A DNA stretch of 64,000 nucleotides from Escherichia coli. Its GTDB lineage: Bacteria > Pseudomonadota > Gammaproteobacteria > Enterobacterales > Enterobacteriaceae. The position numbers were made by a program, and so were the translations under genes. Below, one piece after another: positions 31,819-45,530 of this stretch; position 1 is the first letter of the stretch, and each line of letters opens with the position of its first letter. Location of the stretch: NCBI RefSeq assembly GCF_029227855.1, contig NZ_CP074356.1. One strand, written 5' to 3'. The notes below the pieces were generated by a model that was not told where the DNA came from, searched no databases, and saw only the letters and a program-made list of their open reading frames with translations.

Positions 31819-33969
31819 ATGGATACGAAAAAACTATTCAAGCACATACCCTGGGTGATTCTCGGAATCATCGGTGCATTCTGCCTCGCGGTAGTTGCAT
31901 TACGTCGGGGGGAGCACGTCAGCGCCCTGTGGATCGTGGTCGCCTCTGTGTCGGTGTATCTGGTGGCGTATCGCTACTACAGTCTGTACATCGCCCAGAA
32001 GGTGATGAAACTCGACCCCACGCGCGCGACGCCTGCGGTTATTAACAACGACGGTCTGAACTACGTTCCGACCAACCGTTACGTGTTGTTTGGTCACCAC
32101 TTCGCCGCTATCGCCGGTGCTGGTCCGCTGGTCGGTCCGGTTCTCGCCGCACAGATGGGCTACCTGCCTGGCACGCTGTGGCTGCTGGCGGGGGTAGTGC
32201 TGGCCGGTGCGGTACAGGACTTTATGGTGCTGTTTATCTCCTCTCGCCGTAACGGCGCATCTCTCGGTGAGATGATCAAAGAAGAGATGGGACCAGTACC
32301 GGGGACTATCGCGCTGTTTGGCTGTTTCTTAATCATGATCATCATCCTCGCCGTTCTGGCGCTGATTGTGGTTAAAGCCCTGGCCGAAAGTCCGTGGGGT
32401 GTCTTCACCGTTTGCTCAACCGTACCAATTGCGCTGTTTATGGGTATCTACATGCGCTTTATCCGTCCGGGGCGTGTGGGTGAAGTCTCTGTCATTGGTA
32501 TCGTGCTGCTGGTTGCCTCTATCTACTTCGGTGGCGTGATTGCTCACGATCCGTACTGGGGTCCGGCACTGACCTTTAAAGACACCACCATTACCTTCGC
32601 GCTGATTGGCTATGCGTTTGTTTCCGCGCTGCTGCCGGTGTGGCTGATCCTCGCACCACGCGACTATCTGGCAACCTTCCTGAAAATCGGCGTTATCGTC
32701 GGCCTGGCGCTGGGTATCGTGGTGCTGAACCCGGAACTGAAAATGCCTGCGATGACCCAGTACATTGACGGTACTGGCCCGCTGTGGAAAGGCGCTCTGT
32801 TCCCGTTCCTGTTCATCACCATCGCCTGTGGTGCGGTATCTGGCTTCCACGCACTGATCTCTTCCGGTACGACGCCGAAACTGCTGGCTAACGAAACCGA
32901 CGCGCGTTTCATTGGCTACGGCGCAATGCTGATGGAGTCCTTCGTGGCGATTATGGCGCTGGTTGCTGCGTCCATCATCGAACCGGGTCTTTACTTCGCG
33001 ATGAACACCCCGCCTGCTGGCCTTGGCATCACCATGCCTAACCTGCATGAAATGGGTGGCGAGAACGCGCCGATCATCATGGCGCAGCTGAAAGACGTTA
33101 CCGCACACGCGGCAGCGACCGTCAGCTCCTGGGGCTTCGTGATTTCGCCAGAGCAGATCCTGCAAACCGCGAAAGACATTGGTGAGCCTTCTGTCCTGAA
33201 CCGTGCAGGTGGTGCGCCGACGCTGGCGGTAGGTATCGCTCACGTGTTCCACAAAGTGCTGCCGATGGCTGACATGGGCTTCTGGTATCACTTCGGTATT
33301 CTGTTCGAAGCCCTGTTCATCCTGACCGCGCTGGATGCGGGTACTCGTTCTGGCCGCTTTATGCTGCAAGACCTGCTGGGTAACTTCATCCCGTTCCTGA
33401 AAAAAACCGACTCTCTGGTTGCTGGTATCATCGGTACTGCGGGCTGTGTGGGTCTGTGGGGCTACCTGCTGTATCAGGGCGTGGTCGATCCGCTGGGCGG
33501 CGTTAAGAGCCTGTGGCCGCTGTTCGGTATCTCCAACCAGATGCTGGCAGCCGTGGCGCTGGTACTGGGTACCGTTGTGCTGATTAAGATGAAGCGCATC
33601 CAATACATCTGGGTAACTGTTGTTCCGGCTGTATGGCTGCTTATCTGCACCACCTGGGCGCTGGGTCTGAAACTGTTCAGTACCAACCCGCAGATGGAAG
33701 GCTTCTTCTACATGGCAAGCCAGTACAAAGAGAAGATTGCTAACGGTACTGACCTGACGGCGCAGCAGATTGCCAACATGAACCACATCGTTGTGAACAA
33801 CTACACCAACGCAGGCCTGAGTATTCTGTTCCTGATTGTGGTGTACAGCATCATCTTCTACGGTTTCAAAACTTGGCTTGCGGTGCGTAACAGCGACAAA
33901 CGTACTGACAAAGAAACACCGTACGTTCCAATCCCGGAAGGCGGCGTGAAGATCTCTTCGCACCACTAA
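31819..33969 (+). CDS. btsT: CstA-family pyruvate/H+ symporter
   Basis: ORF 31804..33969; the 716-aa form starts MDTKKLFKHIPWVILG; multi-span membrane protein. Confidence 0.9.
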   Translation: MDTKKLFKHIPWVILGIIGAFCLAVVALRRGEHVSALWIVVASVSVYLVAYRYYSLYIAQKVMKLDPTRATPAVINNDGLNYVPTNRYVLFGHHFAAIAGAGPLVGPVLAAQMGYLPGTLWLLAGVVLAGAVQDFMVLFISSRRNGASLGEMIKEEMGPVPGTIALFGCFLIMIIILAVLALIVVKALAESPWGVFTVCSTVPIALFMGIYMRFIRPGRVGEVSVIGIVLLVASIYFGGVIAHDPYWGPALTFKDTTITFALIGYAFVSALLPVWLILAPRDYLATFLKIGVIVGLALGIVVLNPELKMPAMTQYIDGTGPLWKGALFPFLFITIACGAVSGFHALISSGTTPKLLANETDARFIGYGAMLMESFVAIMALVAASIIEPGLYFAMNTPPAGLGITMPNLHEMGGENAPIIMAQLKDVTAHAAATVSSWGFVISPEQILQTAKDIGEPSVLNRAGGAPTLAVGIAHVFHKVLPMADMGFWYHFGILFEALFILTALDAGTRSGRFMLQDLLGNFIPFLKKTDSLVAGIIGTAGCVGLWGYLLYQGVVDPLGGVKSLWPLFGISNQMLAAVALVLGTVVLIKMKRIQYIWVTVVPAVWLLICTTWALGLKLFSTNPQMEGFFYMASQYKEKIANGTDLTAQQIANMNHIVVNNYTNAGLSILFLIVVYSIIFYGFKTWLAVRNSDKRTDKETPYVPIPEGGVKISSHH

Positions 33970-33977
33970 CCGTGTTT

Positions 33978-34005
33978 AGCCCCGCTTCGGCGGGGCTTTG
34001 TTCTT
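33978..34005 (+). terminator. Rho-independent terminator after btsT
   Basis: agccccgcttcggcggggct hairpin followed by ttgttctt. Confidence 0.6.
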
Positions 34006-34018
34006 ATCAGAGTGAACT

Positions 34019-34222
34019 ATGTTTGGTAACTTAGGACAGGCAAAAAAATATCTCGGCCAGGCGGCGAAGATGTTGATTGGCATTCCAGACTACGACAACT
34101 ACGTCGAGCATATGAAGACCAACCATCCCGACAAGCCGTACATGAGCTATGAAGAATTCTTCCGCGAACGCCAGAATGCACGCTACGGCGGCGATGGTAA
34201 AGGCGGTATGCGCTGTTGTTAA
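34019..34222 (+). CDS. yjiX: Small conserved protein YjiX
   Basis: 67 aa [48 protein letters not shown]. Confidence 0.8.
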
Positions 34223-34231
34223 TGGAGAGAG

Positions 34232-35189
34232 CATGAACCCGATTGCAGTTACCCTACTCACCGGTTTTTTAGGCGCGGGCAAAACCACCCTGCTGCGCCA
34301 TATTCTTAACGAACAACACGGCTACAAGATTGCCGTGATTGAAAACGAATTCGGCGAAGTCTCCGTTGATGATCAACTGATTGGCGACCGCGCCACGCAG
34401 ATCAAAACGCTGACCAACGGCTGCATCTGCTGTTCGCGCTCCAACGAGCTGGAAGACGCACTACTCGACCTGCTGGATAATCTCGACAAGGGCAATATTC
34501 AGTTCGACCGTCTGGTCATTGAATGCACCGGCATGGCCGATCCCGGCCCGATTATTCAGACCTTTTTCTCCCATGAGATTTTATGCCAGCGTTACCTGCT
34601 GGACGGTGTGATTGCGCTGGTGGATGCGGTACATGCCGACGAGCAGATGAACCAGTTCACCATCGCCCAGTCCCAGGTTGGCTACGCCGACCGTATTCTG
34701 CTGACCAAAACCGACGTCGCAGGCGAAGCAGAAAAACTGCGTGAACGCCTGGCGCGCATCAACGCCCGTGCACCGGTCTACACCGTCACCCACGGCGACA
34801 TCGACCTGGGCCTGCTGTTCAACACCAACGGTTTTATGCTGGAAGAGAACGTCGTCAGCACCAAACCGCGTTTCCACTTTATCGCGGATAAACAAAACGA
34901 TATTTCGTCGATTGTGGTAGAACTGGATTACCCGGTAGATATCAGCGAAGTTTCCCGGGTGATGGAAAACCTGCTTCTGGAATCGGCAGATAAACTGCTG
35001 CGTTACAAAGGGATGCTGTGGATTGACGGCGAACCTAACCGCCTGCTGTTCCAGGGCGTCCAGCGCCTCTACAGCGCCGACTGGGACCGCCCGTGGGGCG
35101 ATGAAAAACCACATAGCACAATGGTGTTTATCGGGATTCAGTTGCCGGAGGAAGAGATTCGGGCAGCGTTTGCGGGGTTGAGGAAGTAA
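34232..35189 (+). CDS. yjiA: CobW/G3E-family GTPase YjiA
   Basis: 318 aa with P-loop GFLGAGKTTLL and CICC metal-binding motif. Confidence 0.9.
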
Positions 35190-35200
35190 TTTTGGATGAT

Positions 35201-35234
35201 GGCCGCCATGTGGCGGCCTGAATTATTTTTTGTT
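35201..35234 (+). terminator. Terminator hairpin between convergent yjiA and brnA
   Basis: ggccgccatgtggcggcc inverted repeat followed by tgaattattttttg. Confidence 0.5.
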
Positions 35235-35525
35235 CTGATCGCGCAGCATCGCTTCACGTAAAATTGCGTTCAGGCGAGTTTGATAGCCTTTACCTGGTCG
35301 CTTCAACCATTCCATCACATCAGCATCAATACGCACCGAAGCCTGAGTTTTCAATGGCCGATAAAACTTACCGCGTTCGGCGTTAGACCATTGCTCATCG
35401 CTGGAAGGTGGGATATCACTGTAATCAATATCTTCGTCGGATTTATTCGTCAGCGCCTTCAGTTCGGCCTCATGCTGCACATCGAGTGTAGAGGAGGTCC
35501 CTCGTTTATGTTTAACCATGCTCAT
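35223..35525 (-). CDS. brnA: BrnA-like antitoxin (DUF4415-type small DNA-binding protein)
   Basis: ORF 35223..35666; about 100 aa from MSMVKHKRG...; C-terminus ...RIDADVMEWLKRPGKGYQTRLNAILREAM matches the BrnA family; start overlaps brnT stop. Confidence 0.7.
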   Translation of the reverse strand: MSMVKHKRGTSSTLDVQHEAELKALTNKSDEDIDYSDIPPSSDEQWSNAERGKFYRPLKTQASVRIDADVMEWLKRPGKGYQTRLNAILREAMLRDQNKK

Positions 35526-35808
35526 AGCGATTCCTCTCTTTACGATCTGCTTTTCGTGCACTGATGATTCGAATAATTTCATTTCCGCTTTCGAAACGGA
35601 TGGTATGCGCAACCAGAATAACCACGATGCCGTAAACCAGGCCGATTGTCTGCCAGCGATACTCACCGTTTTCTATGCGTTCTTGCTGTGACAAATGTTG
35701 TGGATCATCAAACAATAACACCGCATCTTCAAAGCGGATGCCATGTTTCACCCGATTACTTTTGGCCTTGTTTTCATCCCATTCAAACTCCATTGGCATA
35801 ATTGCCAT
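35512..35808 (-). CDS. brnT: BrnT-like toxin (DUF497, RelE-fold ribonuclease)
   Basis: ORF 35512..35826 (TTG start); from first ATG: MAIMPMEFEWDENKAKSNRVKHGIRFEDA...IRIISARKADRKERNRYE, the BrnT signature. Confidence 0.7.
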   Translation of the reverse strand: MAIMPMEFEWDENKAKSNRVKHGIRFEDAVLLFDDPQHLSQQERIENGEYRWQTIGLVYGIVVILVAHTIRFESGNEIIRIISARKADRKERNRYEHG

Positions 35809-35997
35809 CCCTAATTGTATATACAAAAATGTATCTACAATTATTCTGCAATTATAGCGTTGATGTTGGAAATAGCATCACGTTTCGAATAATCAACCAT
35901 GAAATTGACAATGAGTAAGTTGGACTTGATTCATCCAATAGAATTTCTCGCCTGACATGGCACACTAAACACCTCGCTGTCGGGTAATGACTCCAAC

Positions 35998-36500
35998 TTA
36001 CTGATAGTGTTTTATGTTCAGATAATGCCCGATGACCTTGTCATGCAGCTCCACCGATTTTGAGAACGACAGTGACTTCCGTCCCAGCCTTGCCAGATGT
36101 TGTCTCAGATTCAGATTATGTCGCTCAATGCGCTGAGTGTAACGCTTGCTGATAACGTGCAGCTTTCCCTTCAGGCGTGATTCATACAGCGGCCAGCCAT
36201 CCGTCATCTATACTACGACCTCAAAGGCCGACAGCAGGCTCAGAAGACGCTCCAGTGTGGCCAGAGTGCGTTCACCGAAGACGTGGCCACAACCGTCTTC
36301 CGAAGCCTGTCATACGCGTAAAACAGCCAGCGCTGGCGCGATTTAGCCCCGACATAGCCCCACTGTTCGTCCATTTCCGCGCAGATAATCACATCACTGC
36401 CCGGTTGTATGCGCGAGGTTACCGACTGCGGCCTGAGTTTTTTAAGTGACGTAAAACCGTGTTGAGGCCAACGCCCATAATGCGTGCACTGGCGCGACAT
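35998..36500 (-). pseudogene. insB: IS1 insB frame, disrupted (1-nt deletion relative to copy 2 gives a premature stop; split into two ORFs)
   Basis: Track ORFs 36240..36500 and 35998..36207; protein diverges from InsB after ...[12 protein letters not shown] and stops; direct comparison with copy 2 shows a 1-nt gap. Confidence 0.6.
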
Positions 36501-36694
36501 CCGACGCCATTCATGGCCATATCAATGATTTTCTGGTGCGTACCGGGCTGAGAGGCGGTGTAAGTGAACTGCAGTTGCCATGTTTTACGGCAATGAGAGC
36601 AGAGATAGCGCTGATGTCCGGCAGTGCTTTTGCCGTTACGCACCACGCCTTCAGTAGCGGAGCAGGAAGGACATCTGATGGAAATGGAAGCCAC
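36419..36694 (-). CDS. insA: IS1 InsA
   Basis: 91 aa [43 protein letters not shown]. Confidence 0.9.
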   Translation of the reverse strand: MASISIRCPSCSATEGVVRNGKSTAGHQRYLCSHCRKTWQLQFTYTASQPGTHQKIIDMAMNGVGCRASARIMGVGLNTVLRHLKNSGRSR

Positions 36695-37007
36695 GCAAGC
36701 ACCTTAAAATCACCATCATACACTAAATCAGTAAGTTGGCAGCATTACCAAATTTTAATTACACTTAAGGTGTATATTTTCTATGCAAGCCATCAATTAA
36801 AGAGGTGTAATGTGCTGATGACTATTTGTAATCGTTATACATTCTGACCTGGAGTCAGAAGGTATTTCTCTGTCTGTGTATTCGCAGGCAGTGTGGTTGA
36901 TTACATGAAATTCAGTACATTTGTCCTTCTCGCCTGCCTTTCGTCATTACCGACGGTATTGAATTTCGTTTTCCCCATTGGGTTCTCCGGACAAGGAGTT
37001 GTTTGTT

Positions 37008-38240
37008 ATGCCACGTTTTTTTGCCCGCCATGCCGCCACGCTGTTTTTCCCGATGGCGTTGATTTTGTATGACTTTGCTGCGTATCTGTCGACGGACCTG
37101 ATCCAGCCAGGGATCATTAATGTGGTCCGTGATTTTAATGCCGATGTCAGTCTGGCCCCGGCTGCCGTCAGTCTCTATCTCGCTGGAGGCATGGCATTGC
37201 AGTGGCTGCTGGGGCCGCTTTCCGACAGGGTTGGCCGCAGGCCGGTGCTGATTACCGGGGCGCTAATATTTACCCTTGCCTGCGCTGCGACAATGTTCAC
37301 AACGTCTATGACACAGTTTCTTATCGCGCGTGCAATTCAGGGCACCAGTATCTGTTTTATTGCCACCGTTGGTTATGTCACGGTGCAGGAGGCGTTCGGA
37401 CAGACAAAAGGGATCAAGTTGATGGCGATTATCACCTCCATCGTACTGATTGCGCCGATTATTGGCCCGCTTTCCGGCGCAGCTCTGATGCACTTTGTGC
37501 ACTGGAAAGTCCTTTTTGCCATCATTGCGGTTATGGGTTTTATCTCATTTGTTGGCTTACTGCTGGCGATGCCAGAGACGGTGAAGCGCGGCGCGGTTCC
37601 ATTTAGCGCCAAAAGCGTCTTGCGCGATTTTCGTAATGTCTTTTGCAATCGGCTGTTCCTCTTTGGCGCAGCAACCATCTCTTTAAGCTATATCCCCATG
37701 ATGAGTTGGGTGGCTGTCTCGCCGGTGATCCTGATCGACGCGGGCGGCTTAACAACTTCGCAGTTCGCCTGGACACAGGTTCCGGTGTTCGGCGCGGTGA
37801 TTGTCGCGAATGCCATCGTGGCGCGTTTCGTTAAAGATCCGACCGAACCGCGCTTTATCTGGCGTGCCGTACCCCTTCAACTGGTTGGCCTCGCGCTGTT
37901 GATTATCGGCAATCTGCTGTCACCGCACGTCTGGCTGTGGTCGGTGCTGGGCACCAGTCTGTATGCTTTCGGGATTGGTTTGATTTTCCCGACCTTATTC
38001 CGCTTTACGCTGTTTTCCAATAACTTACCGAAAGGGACCGTCTCCGCATCGCTGAATATGGTGATCCTGATGGTGATGTCTGTCTCGGTCGAAATCGGCC
38101 GCTGGCTGTGGTTTAACAGCGGTCGCTTGCCGTTTCATCTGTTAGCCGTTGTGGCAGGCGTTATCGTCGTTTTCACCCTGGCCGGATTGCTTAATCGCGT
38201 GCGCCAACATCAGGCTGCCGAGCTGGCGGAGGAGCGGTGA
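37008..38240 (+). CDS. mdtM: MFS multidrug efflux protein MdtM
   Basis: ORF 36978..38240; the 410-aa form starts [23 protein letters not shown]. Confidence 0.85.
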   Translation: MPRFFARHAATLFFPMALILYDFAAYLSTDLIQPGIINVVRDFNADVSLAPAAVSLYLAGGMALQWLLGPLSDRVGRRPVLITGALIFTLACAATMFTTSMTQFLIARAIQGTSICFIATVGYVTVQEAFGQTKGIKLMAIITSIVLIAPIIGPLSGAALMHFVHWKVLFAIIAVMGFISFVGLLLAMPETVKRGAVPFSAKSVLRDFRNVFCNRLFLFGAATISLSYIPMMSWVAVSPVILIDAGGLTTSQFAWTQVPVFGAVIVANAIVARFVKDPTEPRFIWRAVPLQLVGLALLIIGNLLSPHVWLWSVLGTSLYAFGIGLIFPTLFRFTLFSNNLPKGTVSASLNMVILMVMSVSVEIGRWLWFNSGRLPFHLLAVVAGVIVVFTLAGLLNRVRQHQAAELAEER

Positions 38241-38280
38241 TTTTTGCGCGATCCTGCCGTCAGGCTCTATTCTTAACATT

Positions 38281-39561
38281 ATGAATAAACTCATTGAACT
38301 CAGACGCGCCAAAATGTTGGCGCTCTCTTTACTGCTTATCGCCGCTGCTACCTTTGTCGTTACGCTGTTTTTGCCGCCCAATTTTTGGGTGAGCGGCGTG
38401 AAGGCGATTGCTGAAGCGGCGATGGTCGGCGCGCTGGCGGACTGGTTTGCGGTGGTGGCGCTGTTTCGCCGCGTGCCGATTCCGATCATTTCTCGTCATA
38501 CGGCGATTATTCCGCGTAATAAAGACCGGATTGGCGAAAATCTCGGCCAGTTCGTGCAGGAAAAATTTCTCGATACCCAATCGCTGGTGGCATTGATTCG
38601 ACGTCACGAACCGGCGTTGTTGATTGGCAACTGGTTTAGTCAGCCAGAAAACGCCCGCCGCGTTGGTCAGCATCTGTTGCAGATCATGAGCGGTTTTCTT
38701 GAACTAACCGATGATGCGCGTATTCAGCGCCTGCTTAAGCGCGCGGTCCACCGGGCGATTGATAAAGTCGATCTTTCTGGCACCAGTGCGTTGATGCTGG
38801 AGAGTATGACTAAAAACGATCGTCATCAGGTGCTGCTGGATACGCTGATCGCACAGTTGATCGCCCTTCTCCAGCGCGATAAATCGCGCAAGTTTATTGC
38901 CCAGCAAATTGTTCGCTGGCTGGAGAGCGAGCATCCACTGAAAGCCAAAATTTTGCCCACTGAATGGCTGGGCGAACATAGCGCGGAGTTGGTTTCTGAC
39001 GCGGTGAATTCTTTGCTTGATGATATCAGCCGCGATCGTGCGCATCAGATCCGCCATGCGTTTGATCGCGCTACCTTCGCCCTGATCGAGAAACTGAAAA
39101 ACGATCCGGAAATGGCGGCGCGAGCCGATGCCGTAAAAAGCTATCTGAAAGAAGATGAAGCTTTTAACCGCTATCTCAGTGAATTGTGGGGGGATTTACG
39201 GGAATGGCTGAAAGCGGATATCAACAGTGAAGATTCTCGTGTGAAAGAACGTATCGCGCGGGCTGGTCAATGGTTTGGCGAAACGTTAATTGCCGATGAT
39301 GCCTTGCGGGCGTCGTTAAATGGTCATCTGGAACAAGCCGCACACCGCATTGCGCCTGAGTTTTCCGCATTCCTGACTCGCCATATCAGCGACACGGTAA
39401 AAAGCTGGGACGCACGGGACATGTCGCGGCAAATCGAGTTAAATATCGGCAAAGATCTCCAGTTTATCCGTGTCAACGGTACGCTGGTTGGCGGTTGTAT
39501 TGGACTTATTTTGTATTTGCTGTCGCAGCTCCCGGCCTTGTTCCCCCTCGGCAATTTATAG
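38281..39561 (+). CDS. yjiN: DUF445 membrane-associated protein YjiN
   Basis: ORF 38149..39561; the 426-aa form starts [19 protein letters not shown]. Confidence 0.8.
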   Translation: MNKLIELRRAKMLALSLLLIAAATFVVTLFLPPNFWVSGVKAIAEAAMVGALADWFAVVALFRRVPIPIISRHTAIIPRNKDRIGENLGQFVQEKFLDTQSLVALIRRHEPALLIGNWFSQPENARRVGQHLLQIMSGFLELTDDARIQRLLKRAVHRAIDKVDLSGTSALMLESMTKNDRHQVLLDTLIAQLIALLQRDKSRKFIAQQIVRWLESEHPLKAKILPTEWLGEHSAELVSDAVNSLLDDISRDRAHQIRHAFDRATFALIEKLKNDPEMAARADAVKSYLKEDEAFNRYLSELWGDLREWLKADINSEDSRVKERIARAGQWFGETLIADDALRASLNGHLEQAAHRIAPEFSAFLTRHISDTVKSWDARDMSRQIELNIGKDLQFIRVNGTLVGGCIGLILYLLSQLPALFPLGNL

Positions 39562-39676
39562 AAATCCATGAAAAACTAAGTGGCTAACCGCGAGAGAGAT
39601 CAAATAAACCACACTAAAAGAATGGTAATAATGTGGCCTCTTTTCATTATCTCCCGTGGTACGGGGAAGGAAAATC

Positions 39677-41605
<1,929 letters not shown>

Positions 41606-41776
41606 AAGAGTATCTGTTTTTATTTCACTCCACGGTCGGCGTCATACAAACCCGCAAGGCGTTGCAGGCAGCGGGCATGACTTTTCGCGTCAGCGATATT
41701 CCCCGTGATTTACGCGGCGGCTGCGGGTTATGCATTTGGCTGACCTGTCCGCCTGGCGAGGAAATTCAATGGGTGA

Positions 41777-42784
<1,008 letters not shown>

Positions 42785-42851
42785 CAGGCTGGCATGTTTC
42801 ACCTTTTTGTTATTAACTTGTTAACAACAAAAATGACAAACAAGGTTAAAC

Positions 42852-44030
42852 ATGCCTTCGCCCTCGCATCCCGTAGAACGCTTTTCTTTCAGCACCGCGC
42901 TTTTCGGGATGCTGGTTCTGACCTTAGGTATGGGTTTAGGCCGCTTCCTTTATACGCCTATGTTGCCCGTCATGATGGCGGAAGGATCGTTTTCATTTAG
43001 CCAGCTCTCGTGGATTGCCAGCGGCAACTATGCGGGGTATCTGGCTGGCAGTCTGCTATTTTCGTTTGGCGCATTTCACCAGCCATCGCGCCTGCGCCCA
43101 TTTCTGTTGGCTTCTGCCCTGGCGAGCGGGTTGTTGATCCTCGCAATGGCATGGTTGCTGCCATTTATTCTGGTGTTATTGATTCGCGTCCTGGCGGGTG
43201 TCGCCAGCGCCGGTATGCTGATTTTTGGTTCGACGCTGATTATGCAGCACACGCGCCATCCTTTTGTGCTGGCAGCTTTGTTTTCTGGCGTTGGCATTGG
43301 CATCGCACTGGGCAATGAATATGTTCTGGCAGGCCTGCATTTTGACCTCTCCTCGCAAACGTTATGGCAAGGCGCCGGGGCGCTTTCTGGCATGATGCTG
43401 ATTGCACTTACGCTTTTAATGCCCTCGAAAAAACACGCCATCACACCAATGCCATTGGCAAAAACGGAGCAACAGATAATGAGCTGGTGGTTACTGGCTA
43501 TTCTGTACGGCCTGGCGGGATTTGGTTATATCATCGTCGCGACTTACCTGCCGCTCATGGCGAAAGATGCAGGCTCACCATTGTTAACCGCCCATCTCTG
43601 GACGTTAGTCGGCTTATCAATTGTGCCTGGTTGCTTTGGCTGGCTATGGGCAGCAAAACGTTGGTGGGCTTTGCCCTGCCTGACGGCGAATTTGCTGGTG
43701 CAGGCTATCTGTGTGCTGCTTACTCTCGCCAGCGACTCGCCTCTCTTGCTTATCATCAGCAGTCTTGGTTTTGGCGGTACCTTTATGGGCACGACATCTC
43801 TGGTGATGACTATCGCCCGCCAACTGAGCGTACCGGGAAATCTCAATCTTTTAGGCTTTGTGACGCTCATTTACGGCATTGGACAAATCCTCGGCCCGGC
43901 GCTGACCAGTATGCTCGGCAATGGAACATCGGCGCTTGCCGGCGCCACTCTCTGCGGCGCGGCGGCGTTGTTTATTGCTGCGCTTATCAGCACAGTACAA
44001 TTATTTAAGCTGCAAGTGGTCACTTCATGA
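42852..44030 (+). CDS. yjiJ: MFS-type membrane protein YjiJ
   Basis: 392 aa multi-span membrane protein. Confidence 0.8.
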   Translation: MPSPSHPVERFSFSTALFGMLVLTLGMGLGRFLYTPMLPVMMAEGSFSFSQLSWIASGNYAGYLAGSLLFSFGAFHQPSRLRPFLLASALASGLLILAMAWLLPFILVLLIRVLAGVASAGMLIFGSTLIMQHTRHPFVLAALFSGVGIGIALGNEYVLAGLHFDLSSQTLWQGAGALSGMMLIALTLLMPSKKHAITPMPLAKTEQQIMSWWLLAILYGLAGFGYIIVATYLPLMAKDAGSPLLTAHLWTLVGLSIVPGCFGWLWAAKRWWALPCLTANLLVQAICVLLTLASDSPLLLIISSLGFGGTFMGTTSLVMTIARQLSVPGNLNLLGFVTLIYGIGQILGPALTSMLGNGTSALAGATLCGAAALFIAALISTVQLFKLQVVTS

Positions 44031-44042
44031 GGAGTGTTTCCC

Positions 44043-44597
44043 TTACCACTCAAGAAATTCGACCGCAACCGTTGATGTCAGCCAGACCCCGTTTTCCGCT
44101 TGCCAGAAAGGGAGGCCTCGTTTCGCCATTTCCTGTGCTTTGACGGTTAAAATAACCGGCGATCCGTGTCTTGCTCCCACTTTGCGTGCCGTTGCTTCAT
44201 CAGCAGAGAGATGTACGTAGTGACGCTCACCTGCAATCAGCCCCTGTTTTTTTATCTCGTCAAGGAAACGGCTTGCCGTACCGTGGTAGAGAAACTGTGG
44301 CGGTGTTTTTTCGGCAAAGGAAATAGCGACCTGCGAAGTCGAATGCCCCTGAACCGCGCGGATGCACCTACCATCACTGGAATAACTAAAACGCTTTTTA
44401 TCGCTGGTGGCAACCACGGTATCCAGCAATGCACGGGTTAACCGCTTGCCCGCTTTTTGGGCACAAAGTATGAGCTTATCGATATCCGCCCATCCTTCAC
44501 GGTCCAGTACGATACCAATCGCCTCCGGTTTGTGTCGGAGGACAAAACTTAAAAACTTGCTCGTATCCGCCAGCTCTTTTTCGTTGTACTTTGCCAT
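44043..44597 (-). CDS. kptA: RNA 2'-phosphotransferase (Tpt1 family)
   Basis: 184 aa [42 protein letters not shown]. Confidence 0.9.
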   Translation of the reverse strand: MAKYNEKELADTSKFLSFVLRHKPEAIGIVLDREGWADIDKLILCAQKAGKRLTRALLDTVVATSDKKRFSYSSDGRCIRAVQGHSTSQVAISFAEKTPPQFLYHGTASRFLDEIKKQGLIAGERHYVHLSADEATARKVGARHGSPVILTVKAQEMAKRGLPFWQAENGVWLTSTVAVEFLEW

Positions 44598-44846
44598 CGC
44601 GTTTTCGTCCCTGGATTATCTGTTTTTTATTTACTATGTCATTGTCACTGGGTTTATGAATTTTCTGCAACTCAATCCTGCGTAGAACCTTTTCCACACA
44701 GCGTAATTTTACCGCTATGCAAAAAACGCATAGTCAGAAACATACTTGCATTTTCCCCATACCCACATCGCTGATAAGGTTTTTCAGCTCCAGGAATTTT
44801 CCTGGCTCAAGCAACACACAAACACAAAAAAACAATGGGGATTGTT

Positions 44847-45530
44847 ATGACACAACAAGGGGATGCTGTAGCCGGGGAGCTGGCGACAGAAAAAGTGGGC
44901 ATTAAAGGGTATCTGGCTTTTTTTCTCACCATAATCTTTTTTTCCGGTGTTTTTTCCGGGACAGACAGTTGGTGGCGCGTTTTTGATTTTTCCGTTCTGA
45001 ACGGATCGTTTGGGCAACTGCCTGGTGCGAACGGAGCCACCACCTCGTTTCGCGGCGCGGGTGGCGCGGGGGCTAAAGATGGCTTTCTCTTTGCGCTGGA
45101 GCTGGCACCGTCAGTCATTCTCTCTCTGGGGATTATTTCAATTACCGATGGTCTTGGCGGATTACGCGCCGCGCAGCAGTTAATGACGCCAGTGCTAAAA
45201 CCGTTGTTGGGCATTCCAGGGATCTGCTCGCTGGCGCTGATCGCTAACCTGCAAAACACCGATGCCGCCGCAGGTATGACCAAAGAGCTGGCGCAGGAAG
45301 GTGAAATTACCGAACGCGATAAAGTGATTTTCGCCGCATATCAAACCAGCGGTAGCGCCATTATCACCAACTACTTCTCTTCCGGCGTCGCGGTGTTTGC
45401 CTTTCTGGGCACGTCCGTAATCGTACCTTTAGCAGTCATCCTGGTGTTTAAATTTGTCGGAGCCAACATTTTGCGCGTCTGGCTTAACTTCGAAGAACGT
45501 CGCAACCCAACGCAAGGAGCGCAAGCATGA
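44847..45530 (+). CDS. yjiH: Inner-membrane protein YjiH
   Basis: ORF 44835..45530; likely start MTQQGDAVAGELA; overlaps yjiG start. Confidence 0.75.
   Translation: MTQQGDAVAGELATEKVGIKGYLAFFLTIIFFSGVFSGTDSWWRVFDFSVLNGSFGQLPGANGATTSFRGAGGAGAKDGFLFALELAPSVILSLGIISITDGLGGLRAAQQLMTPVLKPLLGIPGICSLALIANLQNTDAAAGMTKELAQEGEITERDKVIFAAYQTSGSAIITNYFSSGVAVFAFLGTSVIVPLAVILVFKFVGANILRVWLNFEERRNPTQGAQA

Larger units (their letters stand above)
35983..36749 (-). mobile_element. IS1 copy 1 (767 bp), no flanking direct repeat
   Basis: Ends ggtaatgactccaacttactgat ... atcagtaagttggcagcattacc; insA and insB homologues inside; flanking 9-mers tcgctgtcg and aaattttaa differ. Confidence 0.9.

Noticed and set aside
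32416-33966. 516-aa ORF on the minus strand
   Set aside because: Antisense to btsT; highly basic, repetitive translation with no recognisable domain.
35888-35912. Short match (agtaagttgg) to the IS1 terminal repeat about 80 nt outside IS1 copy 1
   Set aside because: Only about 10 nt of identity with no extended IS1 homology; consistent with chance or IS1 target preference rather than a second element.
43364-44008. 214-aa plus-strand ORF
   Set aside because: Alternative frame inside yjiJ; Arg/Trp-rich translation, whereas the yjiJ frame gives a coherent membrane protein.
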